Positions 11,101 to 22,800 of a DNA stretch of 64,000 bases are shown here, piece by piece. Under the pieces are notes generated by a model that had not been told where the DNA came from, searched no databases, and was given only the letters and a program-made list of their open reading frames with translations. Source of the DNA: Phoronis australis (Eukaryota; Animalia; Phoronida); NCBI GenBank assembly GCA_002633005.1, contig NMRA01000019.1:1065942-1129941 (forward strand). Reading direction: 5' to 3'. The translations under genes were made by a program, and so were the position numbers. How positions within the stretch are numbered: position 1 is the stretch's first letter; each line of letters opens with the position of its first letter.

Positions 11101-14100
11101 GTGGTCTTCACTGTATGTAGTGATTGCCTGGTATCTTCTTGGGAGAGAATCTGCAGAATTTTAGAACAAAAATATTTCACAACGTTCTCCTGACGTTGTT
11201 GGCACTTTCTACTAAAAGTGAACTTCAAAGACATTTTGACAAGAATTTTCCTAACTTTTTTGAAATATACTACAGACTAAGTTTCCATCGAGTTTTCTTC
11301 CAAACTTGTCTTACAACAGCTCTCTCATTTATCTTTTGATTTAATTTTATAAAAACTTTGACAATGCCGTATGATTCCAGCATGATTTTGTCAGTTTTCC
11401 TAAAAGTAATTATCAATTTTCTTTGTATTCATTCAGATTTCTCCGTCGGGTTCTAAAACTCGCAATCAGCAACGCTATGACACATCAGATCTTTACAAGC
11501 CTCGCATGAGTCGGCGACGAACTTCCCCGACTTCCAGCAGTAGTAGTCACCAAGACAATGAGACGAAGGCAATGAGAACAGTGTCCCCTAGTGACAGCGG
11601 GGAATTATCTGAAAGGAGGGCCAGGTGAGTAGGGGGATGGAAGATCGTGGTGGCAGACCTTATGTTGAAGCAGACGTGAACACGTGCTTTGTTTGTAATG
11701 CTTGGCGGTGTCTTAAGTTTTTGCACAGTTCTTGCTTCTATCAGGGCTTGGAATTTTCTGCGGAAACGCGGATTTCCGTTTTTTTCAAATGTTCTGCCAG
11801 CGTATTTTATTGTATTTCCACGTAAAAAAAAATTGGATTTGATATAAAATTTCCGCGGCAAATTTCTTTCTTACTGTGGCGTTGCCGACGACTTTCACCT
11901 TGAAAAGTGGAAGTTGCTCTTTATGTTTCAGAGGAATGTAAATTGTCATCATTGCCGGGGCACCCGGGATAGCGTGGTTTTCTTCAAGGGCATCTCGTGA
12001 GATTGTAAATCGCGGTGACATATACTATGACTCAGCAGCCAAAAATGTGTGGAAATGGGAGTTGACGGATGAGCTCAAAAGACGCAGACGCACACTTCTG
12101 GACGTGGCACCTTTTTTTATAGTCCTCCCTATGTTTTGTCGGCAAAAGGTCCACATCAACAAAAATTTGAGCCCACCCCATTTTCAAGGCTGGGTGCGCG
12201 CATGTTTTAGGGCCGTAAAAATTTCCACTTTTTTGTCATGGTTCATTCCAAGCCCTGTTCTATGAAATGCACACTACATTTGGTTGCATTGAATACATTA
12301 AGTCTAGACTATGAGGTTATATCTGGTATCCAAACAAAGTGTATCAAATTTTGACGACACTGTTTCTGCGGAACAATAAAGCCAGGGTGTATGAATTTTT
12401 GTGCAATTGATCTTTTATGTGTTGAATATGGCCTGGTAATATGTCATTTCGATACCTTGAAAAGTGTAACCATGGCAACATGTTTTATTGAATGTGTCAA
12501 AAGTGATTCTTTTTTTCTCTTGAGGGTTTATTTTTTCTATAGACCTATCAAATTATGATCTGATGTGGTATTCCAAGAAATTATGCTAGCTGTGCAAAAT
12601 TCATTGTATCTAATCCAGGTCAAAGTCAAGATCGGCCTCCAAGTCAAGATCCGTCTCTGAATCGAGATCTGCATCCCGCTCAAAATCAAGATCAAGATCA
12701 AGGTCAAAAACTAGGTCAAGGTCGCATTCTAGATCTAGGTCTCGCTCAAGGTCACGCTCAAGGTCACGCTCAAGATCAAGGTCGAACTCTGCATCCCAGT
12801 CAATCACCTCCCACCACCGTTCCCGTAGCTCTTCTTCAGAGAGTCGTTCAAGAACCCCTGCTGAAGATCTAAGCTTTGGTGAAGCTGAGAAGCACAGTCC
12901 AAGGCGGCCCACAAGAGGGCAAAACAGAGGTGGTCAGCACCAAGGGTACACAAGTGGACATGACAGATGGAAGTCACCAGGCGAAGATCAACATTTTGGT
13001 GAAGCTGAACGAAGGACTCGATACAGGTTGGTGTTCAATGTGTTTGGAATCATCAAAAACGTGTCACCTGAAGTTCAGCCAATTAGTCTGTGATATTTGT
13101 TTGATTTTGATGTCTTACAGCACAGGTCTGACTTGTCGGAAACCAGTTGGTGATCAGTTGGAAAAATAACAGATTGGTCTTCTAAGTTTTAGCAGGCCTG
13201 CAGCAAACTGCATAATTGACTGCTGTGCCAACTTAGAAAACTATTGTTTTCGTTCATGTCTTAGATTTGATAATTACTTGAGTCAGTCATTTTTGAAACA
13301 ATGGACCGAACTCTGTATAGTGGACTTAGGGAGGGTGCTTGGATGCCTGGACCACCCCTGTGGACACATCCAAAGGAGAACAGAAACAAAATGCTGTTTT
13401 AGGACTTACACCCCCCCCCCTCCCCCCAGTGTACGACACATTAATCCACATGTGTCTACTGATCATTGGTTTCTTCAATGGGATAATTCATCACCGCTAA
13501 ATTTATGCATTTCAGTTTGACATAATTAGCAATGTGTGGTACTTCAAGCTAAGGTGTAGTATACTGTGTACCATGCAATAGTGAATACTGTATACCATGC
13601 AATAGTGAATACTGTGTACCATGCAATACTGAATACTGTGTACCATGCAATACTGAATACTGTGTACCATGCAATACTGAATCATGAAGTTACCACAGTT
13701 TCTTAACTTTGGAAAAATGATACTTGTCAAAACTTGGGGGAAATTTAAAGCCGCTAAAAATTATGTTACCGATGAGTTAAAAATATCAACTTCCTTCACT
13801 GGGTTATTCATTCTTCTAATTTAAAAGCGACATCATCGCATTCTTATTCTTTTCTTGAAGTGATTTTTTTAGTAAATTGCTTGGAATTCCCCTGGCAGTC
13901 ATAGTGTTTTGGCGACTGAAATTAATGGGTCTGGTTGGAATAATGACCTGTTCATTCTCAAATATTATTGTAAACCGAGTAAGGAACAAGATGAGATTGA
14001 CTTTATAGGCTGCAGTAAGTAGCCTAATCAAAAAGTTTTTTTGTGCCTCTTTCAGAGTGAGCGCATCAAAACTTCATTTCCCTTTTCCTCTATTTCCCTT

Positions 14101-14945
14101 CCTTCATAAGTATAAAACAAAACATAGTTTGTTTTAAAGGATGAACCTAACACTTACAAGCTAGACGTTTTCATAAAACTGACATTTCATTGCCTTGAAT
14201 TCATGAATTTTGAAAAACTAAAAATTGCTAAATACGCTGATTTTTATGCCACTGTAGAGTTCTTTTAATATCTGTTTCTCTTCTGGCTAATACCATGCAC
14301 TTGTTTTGTAGCAATCGCTTATTCAACACTAACAAGCCATATGTGAGAGGCAAGCAATGGAAACGTTCAAGTGCCATGCAGTCAGAGCCTAGCTACAGGG
14401 AGTCCTCTGATGAGTACAGGCCGCATCACTCTAATCAACACCATTATCAATACACGGAGTCCTACTCTAGACCTGTATCATCCGTTCCAAAAACCCCTCC
14501 CTTACACAGGGACGAGACAGGTGAGCGATCAGAAGGGGAGATAACATCAGATGACGATGAAAGCACTGGTAAAGATTCTAGAACATGTGCGGAGGTGGAG
14601 GAGAGGAGAGGTCCGCAGACACCCCCTTCAGAGGCAGTCACCACCCCTTCAGAATCAAGGAGCCCTTCACCAGAATCTGTTGAAATCCCACGGCATTACA
14701 CACCTCCAAGAACACGTGGTCATGATCGTGTCACTGCTGAACAGCATGAGCCGTCACCACCCCATACAAGATTCCGTGGGAAGGCGCCACCCAATAGATT
14801 GGGTGGCCACAAGTACTCTCCTCCTCCCATGAGGGACACGCGGAGAAGTCAGGCAGTTTCTCCTCCACAGCCAATGGGCAGAGCCTTGCGCAAGCGAAGC
14901 AGCAATGACCAACCATCAGCTGGGGGAAAGCGGCCAAGGGTTTAA
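2186..14945 (+). CDS. BOD1L1: Biorientation of chromosomes in cell division 1-like protein (Shg1/BOD1 domain, COMPASS-associated), 9 exons, 1174 aa
   Basis: Exons 2186-2308, 5310-5434, 6447-6622, 7502-8479, 8977-9164, 9947-10651, 11437-11624, 12619-13026, 14312-14945 (3525 nt, all GT-AG, phases consistent). N-terminus LPPGDPLLVTEIVNKVKAEGLFDKFRKDCLADVDTKPAYLNLKERVE...QSGMLAKGVERIVDQVVEPKI is the BOD1/Shg1 domain. SVSSVHTSDLSSF and SDSE...AREKEDRYLRRQ match BOD1L1 motifs as I recall them. The donors at 6623 (GTAGAG) and 8480 (GTTTCT) are weak. Confidence 0.9.
2547..2622. repeat. Small inverted repeat / mini-MITE
   Basis: 18-bp arms CCTGATTTGGAGAACCAG (2547-2564) / CTGGTTCTCTAAATCAGG (2605-2622), one mismatch. 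Confidence 0.55.
2645..3225 (+). repeat. Dispersed ~590-bp element, copy 1 (BOD1L intron 1)
   Basis: Colinear with the reverse complement of 43493-44090 (shared blocks CCGGGTGCCATTT, AAAAAGTGGAGTTGGAATTC, AATGTATTTTTG.CGAGGTGAAAAC, GCCTACCGCCC.TTTAA). Ends in TTAA like Kolobok-type MITEs. Confidence 0.8.
3563..4368. mobile_element. PIF/Harbinger (Tourist-like) MITE, ~806 bp
   Basis: TIRs GGGCTGTTCCAG(T/C)AAAAT...GGGGG at both ends; TTA target-site duplication at 3560-3562 and 4369-4371. Confidence 0.8.
9655..9830 (+). mobile_element. tRNA-derived SINE (degenerate)
   Basis: Pol III A-box-like GGCAGTGTGGCCTAGTGTG and B-box-like GAGTTTGAGTCCC, followed by a SINE-body-like CTGTGTCACACTGCTGAACCCTTGAG. 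No intact cloverleaf. The 3' boundary is approximate. Confidence 0.6.
11742..12257. mobile_element. hAT-like MITE, 516 bp, with 6-bp TSD
   Basis: Perfect 13-bp TIRs CAGGGCTTGGAAT / ATTCCAAGCCCTG, flanked on both sides by TTCTAT. CpG-rich interior. Confidence 0.8.
13561..13682. repeat. Minisatellite, 24-bp unit x ~5
   Basis: Unit ATACTGTGTACCATGCAATA(G/C)TGA; in BOD1L intron 8. Confidence 0.9.
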
Positions 14946-16398
14946 TATCAAAGTTGAGGGATGCAAGTGTTTGTGGCAAGTTTAGCCACACCAAACCGCA
15001 CGACTGGAAGCTCCTAAGGAAGCGTCTACTCCCATCTCAGTATTTGGAGTGAACTGCTGTATGCACATAATTTTAAGAAAGTGGTCTTAGAAACATAAAT
15101 GTTGCCTCAGGCAGATCCTTAGCTTAGTAGTGGTGAGAAAAACTTCTCTGTAAGCCTCTCTGTGGAGTAAAGCTCATCACGAGTCACGCACAGCATGGCC
15201 TGAAGATTACTCACGCTTGCCCATATTCCTGACTTAGCAGGGAGTATTCGAATTTCGCTGCAGACTGTTGAGGGTTATCGAGGGTTAGAGGATTATTTTG
15301 TTGTTTTTGATATCAGTTAATAGGCCAAATCCAGGTTTGGTATCTTTTTAAATGTCAAACTTGTTTTCTGCAATTATTTACAGAACTGTAAAGACTGGTT
15401 TGTTTCCAACTGTGACGTGTACATGTGTTTAGTATTTGTAATGTTGATAACTGAAGGAGCCACGTCACCAGATTCATCACTTGACCCATGTCCATCCTGT
15501 TCTGGACTTTATATCAAAATCTATCTGTTAATATACTGCTGTAGTAGCAACAATAGACCTCATGTGGTCCATTGAGGAAACTGATTTTGGTTCAGACCAC
15601 TTGCCGTTAGAAAATTGGTGTCAATTTGTTCTGTACCCATATAAGAAGTGAGTTTTGATCATGCAAATAAGTTACAGTTTGTTGTTGTTCAAGACCGTGC
15701 TCCATGAGTGAAAAACCATGCCGTGACAAACACTGTTGTAGAGCCTCGTCTCCAGCAAAAACGAACTGCTAGTTTATTCTAACTCCATATGTTACACCCG
15801 TTTTGATCAGTTTCATAATGAGGTCTAAACAACTGTTGTTTTTGTGACCAAAGGCAGGTATACAGCTAGCTCATTTTGGGGGGGTCCTTTTTTGGTTACT
15901 GACGGACCCATTTTAGAGTGCAATTTGTCTGTTATGGGTCATTCGGTGTTCAGTGTGGTACTATTGTCCATTTTAAATTAGTTTTGGCCGGTACCTCGAA
16001 TATCTCTAGCTCATTTTTTGGCCCCCTTGTAAGGTCGACAACAACAGACATTCATTTCCGTTGAGGTGGACTATAAGGGCTCCTATCAGTTCTATGGTCA
16101 GATGTTGGTACCTGGTTCATCTATGCTAAGTGCTCTGGGCTGTCGGTCTATAGAGTCGACTATCTAGCAAAAACAAACCCATTAACTCTAAGCGGCATTC
16201 GAAAGACACGCTGGCCAGTGGCCCCGGCCAGGGCTGGTGGATTTGCGGCCGGGCCAGTAAACTTTCACATTAAGGCCATATGTGGATGTGGTCTCATATT
16301 CAAGTAACTGGCCCAGCGGGCCAGCACATTTATATGCTGAAGGTAGAACACTGACTCTAAGTCTAACATGGTGAAAGTAACTAGCTGAGGCATACGTC

Positions 16399-16710
16399 AT
16401 AGGCGGATTTAGGGGGCCCGGCCCTCCCCCCCTTGGCTGCCGCCAAAAAAATAAAAGAGCAACAATTAAACCCCTTGTAAGTAATATGTGGCTGAAGGGG
16501 GGGGGCACTCCCCCTTTATGTGCCTGGCCCCGACGATATGCGTAACCATTTTTGTTTTTTTTTTTTAGTCACCATCTGTTTTCCGGTAGAAGTTCCAGAC
16601 ACTCGAGCCCCCCTACCTTCCAGGCTGTGTACACCCATGCAATCGTGCTTTACTCAATTAGCCCAGACAAAATGTTGCCCCCCCCTTATGATATCCTAGA
16701 TCTGCTACTG
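16399..16710. mobile_element. Degenerate hAT-like MITE
   Basis: Left AGGCGGATTTAGGGGGCCC and right CCTAGATCTGCTACTG with poly-C tracts, the typical GGCGGAT.TAGG/CCT.GATCCGCC architecture. TSD not resolved. Confidence 0.45.
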
Positions 16711-18095
16711 TAGATGTACCAGTCAAAAACTGTTGACAGTACCGCAGCGCCCTCTTCAGGTGTACTGTGTTGCCTCGCTGGTGGTAAAAAAATGAGCAGA
16801 TGTAATGGTTTTATGGTAAACCTTGGATTGTGAGTAGTTTGTGGTAGAATCCAAACAACTGAATTTAAACATTAATCCTAAGATATGCCTAAATCATGAA
16901 GACAATACAAAAACTGTGGGTTTTAATAATTTGAAAGTTGTCCAAAAGCTCTGGTGACATCAGTTTAAGTTGATGGAACTGTATACAAGTTTATTTTCAG
17001 CTTAAAATCCCAAAAACAGATGAGAAAACTTGAAAGCAAATAGTTGACAATTCAGATTGGGAAATTGGAAGAGTAGGACAAACTACACGTTGCTTCACAA
17101 ATTGTCAGAAGAGATTTTTGTCAACTGTTTTTTTGAAGCTTGATTAAAGTGATGCGAGGTGAAATCTTTCAAGCAAAACGTAATCCAACTTTTTGGTATT
17201 TGGGTAACAGTATCAAAGTATCAGGAAAATGGTATTATTCGTTTAGTATTAGTTCTGTACAGCAACAATGCAATCCTCCAAACCATGTGTATGAGCCTTG
17301 TGGGTAGTTACAATCATTAATTGGAATTTTTTATAGTCATCAGTTGCACAATCTGAAAATTACTTTCCTGGTGAGTCAACATTTTATTCACATTAAATTT
17401 CCAGCAGCAACTCATGTAGCTTCAAACTTAAGATATCTTTAATAACTACAGTCATGTCTTTATTATAAATAGAATCTGTAGAAATGCTATAGTGAAATGA
17501 TAACAGTACCCAAATAAACCAACCCTTTGTATGACTAGCCTTTCCCTTGAAATCTGTTTTGATGGTTAAATATTACTGTTTGTTGTTGTTGCAATGTTAG
17601 GGATCAGAAATTCTCAAACCCTGTTGGGTGGTTTGTTCAGTCCTGCGTTATTTGTTAATCTGTAATGTTATAGTGATGAACAATGCCCTGTAAAACTACA
17701 TGCATCAAGATAGAATGTACATGTTTGAGGGTGTATTATCCCCCTTGTCTCTCTCTGTAAATAGCCAATCAAAGACAACACATGTGGCAATGAGACAAAA
17801 CAAAAACAGCACGTCTCTAGAGAAACACGATTCTACATAATATTAAGCTGAATTTGAGGAAACACCTTCGATGTTTTTCATTCAGAGCATAATTATCATA
17901 TCCAACTTGGGCAAGTTTACTGGCATATAATTGGAGCAGTTGACAAAATTATAAACACCCAACACTGTCGGGGAAATCACTCGGGAACATTTTCCTCCTG
18001 ACTGCCAATGATTGAAGAGGAAAATCACTGAAAGAAAACATGATCACAAAATTCTAATTATAGCACTAAATGCATTCTCATTCGATTAACAATCT

Positions 18096-18242
18096 GGGCC
18101 CAGTTGCATAAAAAGTTATACACCGTATAGCAACAATGACCTCGTATTATCAAGCGTCACATTGTTGAACAATGCACCTGACGTCGTGCAACAATCAAAC
18201 TTATCTAGAGGATTACTTTTGAAGCTTTATGCAACTCAGCCC
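18096..18242. mobile_element. Short PIF/Harbinger-like MITE
   Basis: TIRs GGGCCCAGTTGCATAAA / TTTATGCAACTCAGCCC. Confidence 0.6.
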
Positions 18243-19805
18243 GGGGAAACAAAATTAAGATACCCCAGTGCATAGCCCTGAAAAATTGGTTAAAAACTTC
18301 ATCGTGTTCCTATCAGTCTAAAGGAGAAAGTTTACGGTTAAACATGACTTGTGATTTGAGAAGTCAATTAGATGATGGACAAACCCAAGACTAACGTGAC
18401 GGCGCACTATCAAGACATTCTAGAAGTCAACCTTGTAGATTAGAGTCTTTTGACGTCATGAACAGAATAACTCGGATTAGTCTATGTATGTCTGGCATTG
18501 AATTCACTTCAGCTTAGTGACATCGTGAACAGAATAACTCGGATTAGTCCATATTATGTTGGTGGTACGATATGGGCATGACATCGGCAGCTTGTCGAAT
18601 CTTAGCTTACTGAGGCAATAAAAGTGATTGGTGTAAAATTATACTTTCATCATTTATCCTAATTTGTTGTATTTTAAGGTTAAGGTTAGATTTGATTGAC
18701 ATATAATTTTCAACAATGCTTCAACTTGTCCCCATATAATCTATAGCCTCTTTTGTTACACTATTGAGTAGTGAGCGAAACACGACCAATTCTGTCAGGG
18801 AACACAATTGCCTGATCACGGCCATACAAACAGTTCTTTTGATACAGGCATTAAAAATCAAAAAATAACATGGCCTTACATTTGTACTTTAAATTCAAAA
18901 TGATCTTTAAGTAACTTTGATAAAATATAATATGATAAAAAATGAACGGCATTGATCATTTCAAAAGTCAAATCTGATTGCTAACAACCTGTAAAATCTA
19001 ATGACTTTAAATTTCAAAACACACTCAAAGACGATCCATTTAATAAGCACCAAAATACAATGTGAAGGTTCTAACAAACAAATACTTAAAACGTGGGGAA
19101 TGAAAGGCACAATCCACCATATTTCCTGCCATGACACTTGAGTGCCAACCACAACATTGCCCTATATAGTTTTACCACATTTGGGTGGTCACACATCTGC
19201 TAGTATTCAATAAGTTGAAAGGCACTGCTCTCATGCAGTAACAACGGTAGTTAACAACGAAAACAATTTCATGTAGAACACAACATGAACACAACAAATT
19301 GCTACATCTTTCCAGATTTACCATACAGCCACGAGTGACTGTATTTCAAAACATGAGAATACAACTGCAAAACACATCACAGTTCTTGAACGCCACACCC
19401 TTTAGCTTCCAACTTTGATACAGCATGTGAGTATTCAGACCTTTGTTGCTTTTCCTGTCCCATGCAACTACAACCTGCACATATCAACACAGCCTTCATC
19501 AGTTAACACAGCTCTATTAAAACTATTTCTAGTTCAATCAACTTAAGGTGTTATCTTCCACTTCAAACTTAATGCTACTACCTAGGCAGACCGAATACAC
19601 TGACGCCCGCGATGACATTTCCTCAGAGAAGCCATGGCATTTCTGTCTGTGATAAAACGATGCTGTAATGTATGCGCAGCACTGTATGTTTCCTTACATG
19701 GATGTGCTGTCACAGATGCACAGCCCTACTTGTTCTCGTGCGTGGTTGATGGATTTAATGCAGTCTTTAACACATCTCCATTCAGGTCAACTTCAACTGT
19801 GAATT

Positions 19806-22800
19806 TCACAAGGGGTCATCCTCAATTATAGTGATGGCAAAATGTTTTTCAGGCCATGAAAAAGTGTGTGGGAGACATAACTGAAATTGAGAAGAAGCAG
19901 TCATTTAACAGAAATCTAAGACACATTTCGTAAAAATACAATGAACACAATGACATGCTTCACCATCAAACAGATGATGAAAATTGATTTCATTGATTTA
20001 AGCGTCAGACTTGATACTTCACACAGATGCAACTGGTCTTGTTTTCTAACACTTACACATTCAAATAAACATTTTTGTCAATGCTGAGTGACCATTGTCA
20101 ATGAGATTCCTCAGCTGTCTTATTGGCATATACAGTGGCCAATAAGGTGACCGTATCTTAGCAAGCTCACAAGTCAATAAGGTGACCGTATCTTAGCATG
20201 TTCACAGGTCAATAAGGTGACCGTATCGTAGCATGTTCACAGGTCAATAAGGTGACCATATCTTAGCAAGCTCACAGGTCAATAAGGTGACTGTATCGTA
20301 GCATGTTCACAGGTCAATAAGGTGACCGTATTTTAGCATGTTCACAGGTCAATAAGGTGACCATATCTTAGCATGCTTACAGGTCAATAAGGTGACCGTA
20401 TCTTAGCATGCTCACAGGTCAATAAGGTGACCATATCTTAACATGCTCACAGGTCAACAAGAAGCTCACATATTCCCATCTACATGCATATGTTAATAAA
20501 GATGCCAACAGTGCCATGTTTGGGGTGTGCTCCATAATGCTGGCATTTCAAGAGTATGGCGAGACATCGCAAGACCCTAGGGTTTACCAGAACACATAGA
20601 CAGATTGAAGAGACTGACTGGCTATGCTAAATGTCAAATTCATATGTACCAAGTTAGTCCAGTTACATTTTAAGTTAACACTGCTAGCCGCAAGTGTCTC
20701 ACAAAGGTCAGGTGTTCCAGAAAGAGGTCTTGCATGCACACTAGCCAATCATTTTCTCAGTATATAGCATCTCCGTCCAACAAGATGCTGATATTGTCAC
20801 GTGAATCCGTACCAACCAATAAAGAATGGTGCCACAGAACGGGACCACAAGTCAGGTATGACTGTTTACCCCGCAACTTACCGAGTCGGGATCATTTAAC
20901 ACATCAAGCTCAGCCTGTAATGTCTCAATGAAGTCGTCTGTGAGTAAAACCTACAAGGGCAAAGGGAACATACTGGCATGAAAGAAAAACTTTTTGGCAG
21001 TGTCTTGTAACACCAAATGGAAAGCATTGACTGTTAGTACATGGACCTCCAACTCCGCATATTTTCAATGGACGGAATCTGTGATCTTATGCATAAAGCT
21101 GATGTCACTATTCGCTAGCGACACCTGATGAAATTAGCAAGTTTTACTTCCAGCAAGTACGTCGTCTGTTAATCATGGTCGGCTGTTGTGTGGTCGGGCG
21201 CCAAACGTACTCATATCAACAGTTCTATTATTGGAAGACTTTGAACAGCATTTCAATGCCAATTTTTTTCATTGCACTGGACAGCAAAATAGATGTAAGA
21301 ATTTCTCGTCACAATACACTAACCGGAAACTGAAATTTGTAATTTAGGAGAGTGGCCCCTCCTCTAGGATACCACATAAGAAAAGGTCGGAGTTGCGAAT
21401 CTGCTGTCTATAATCTATGATGGAAAGTTATAAAATTCACCAGTCACAAACAAACAAAAGCTTGTCAATTATATCCCTATGATAATGAATTAAGCAACTG
21501 TACACAGATTATAATTCTCCACTTTACAGAAGTGTACTTCCTTGACAGCTAAATATAGTTGATATCTTCTGCACTGGTTGCTCAAAGTTGCATCGGAAAA
21601 AGTCTCAAACAAAAACATCTTGTTGACATAACTCACTTGTAACCAGGGCCCATGGGCTGCATATGGAGTGACCTCTGTAGCTATAGATCCTTGAATGTTT
21701 GTGGAGACCAATGTGACTGCTACATCATTTAGGACACTTTTGAATGTGAAATGTCTGCCATGTTTTAAACGGCCCCTAAAAAGGATGAAATTCGGAATGT
21801 ATACCCAGTGTTAAATTCGTGTCTAAAATAGTTTTAAGCATTTCACTGCTCAGATCTAGAAAATTAAATAAGTTACATTGATATTTGCGCTGTCAGGGCA
21901 AATTTGTTTTGTTTTCATACACTTTACGCAGACACCTTGAAACAAAAGCAGGCCGTCTCTTACAAACCATCTAATTTTGCGAGTGTTCAATTGTCGCTAA
22001 ACAACCAAATGTTCCAACCTTTTGAGATGTGTTAAAATGAACACAAAGAGTAGAGCAGGACTGCTTTATTTTAGAATCTTACAGCAATTCCTTCTCGCAA
22101 TCATTAAAAACTAGAATATCTAATGAGGCGCCAGGTATCCCACGTCAATGCCACTTGCCACCAAGTTCTTGCTTCTTGTAAATTAGCTCAGTGCACTTGA
22201 CACGGTGCGCAGCACATGAAAGTCACTTATATCCAAGTTCATCAATTTCAAATTTTCTTAATAAGACTGGTATTTTCAGTCAATGAAGGCAAATTGGGAT
22301 TTTTAAACTAGAAAATAAAAGCTACATGTACACATGCCAAATGCATTTGACTACCTAAAACAAACATTGAACTGTTTGGTATGGCATTGTTAGACGATTC
22401 CTCAGCATAAAAATAAGTGTCTGGGGTATTCCAACAAAATTTCACCGACCTGAGGGCAAGAGGTAGTAAGCTCCCAGCTTCCATGTTGAACTTAAGATGA
22501 ACGGTGTCGAGGGTGCGCGTGCGGGCCAGCTCAGTGGGTGCCTCGCTGCTCACACTGCTGTCAAATGACTCTTTACGACTGCAGTTCTGGTCACTGGAAA
22601 GGTGAAGTTACTCTATAGCACAGCACAGGACACAGGTTTTTATCCAACTGGTCAGAAAAGGGACTGGACTGGTTGGAAAAATAGCCAACTGGTCGGCTAA
22701 TTTTTAGCACACCAGTAACAGACGGCACAGCTGACCCCAAAGTTGACATCAATCAATGTGAAGAGCACCAATCTGACAACACCAATTCATAAACACCAAC

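Noticed and set aside
12610-12912. Minus-strand DLDLERDL ORF
   Set aside because: Antisense shadow of the RS-repeat exon of BOD1L.
13512-13730. ORF with IQYCMVHS repeats
   Set aside because: Translation of the 24-bp minisatellite.
20141-20460. 35-bp repeats resembling a CRISPR array
   Set aside because: Head-to-tail with no unique spacers, no cas genes, and inside a eukaryotic intron; it is a minisatellite.
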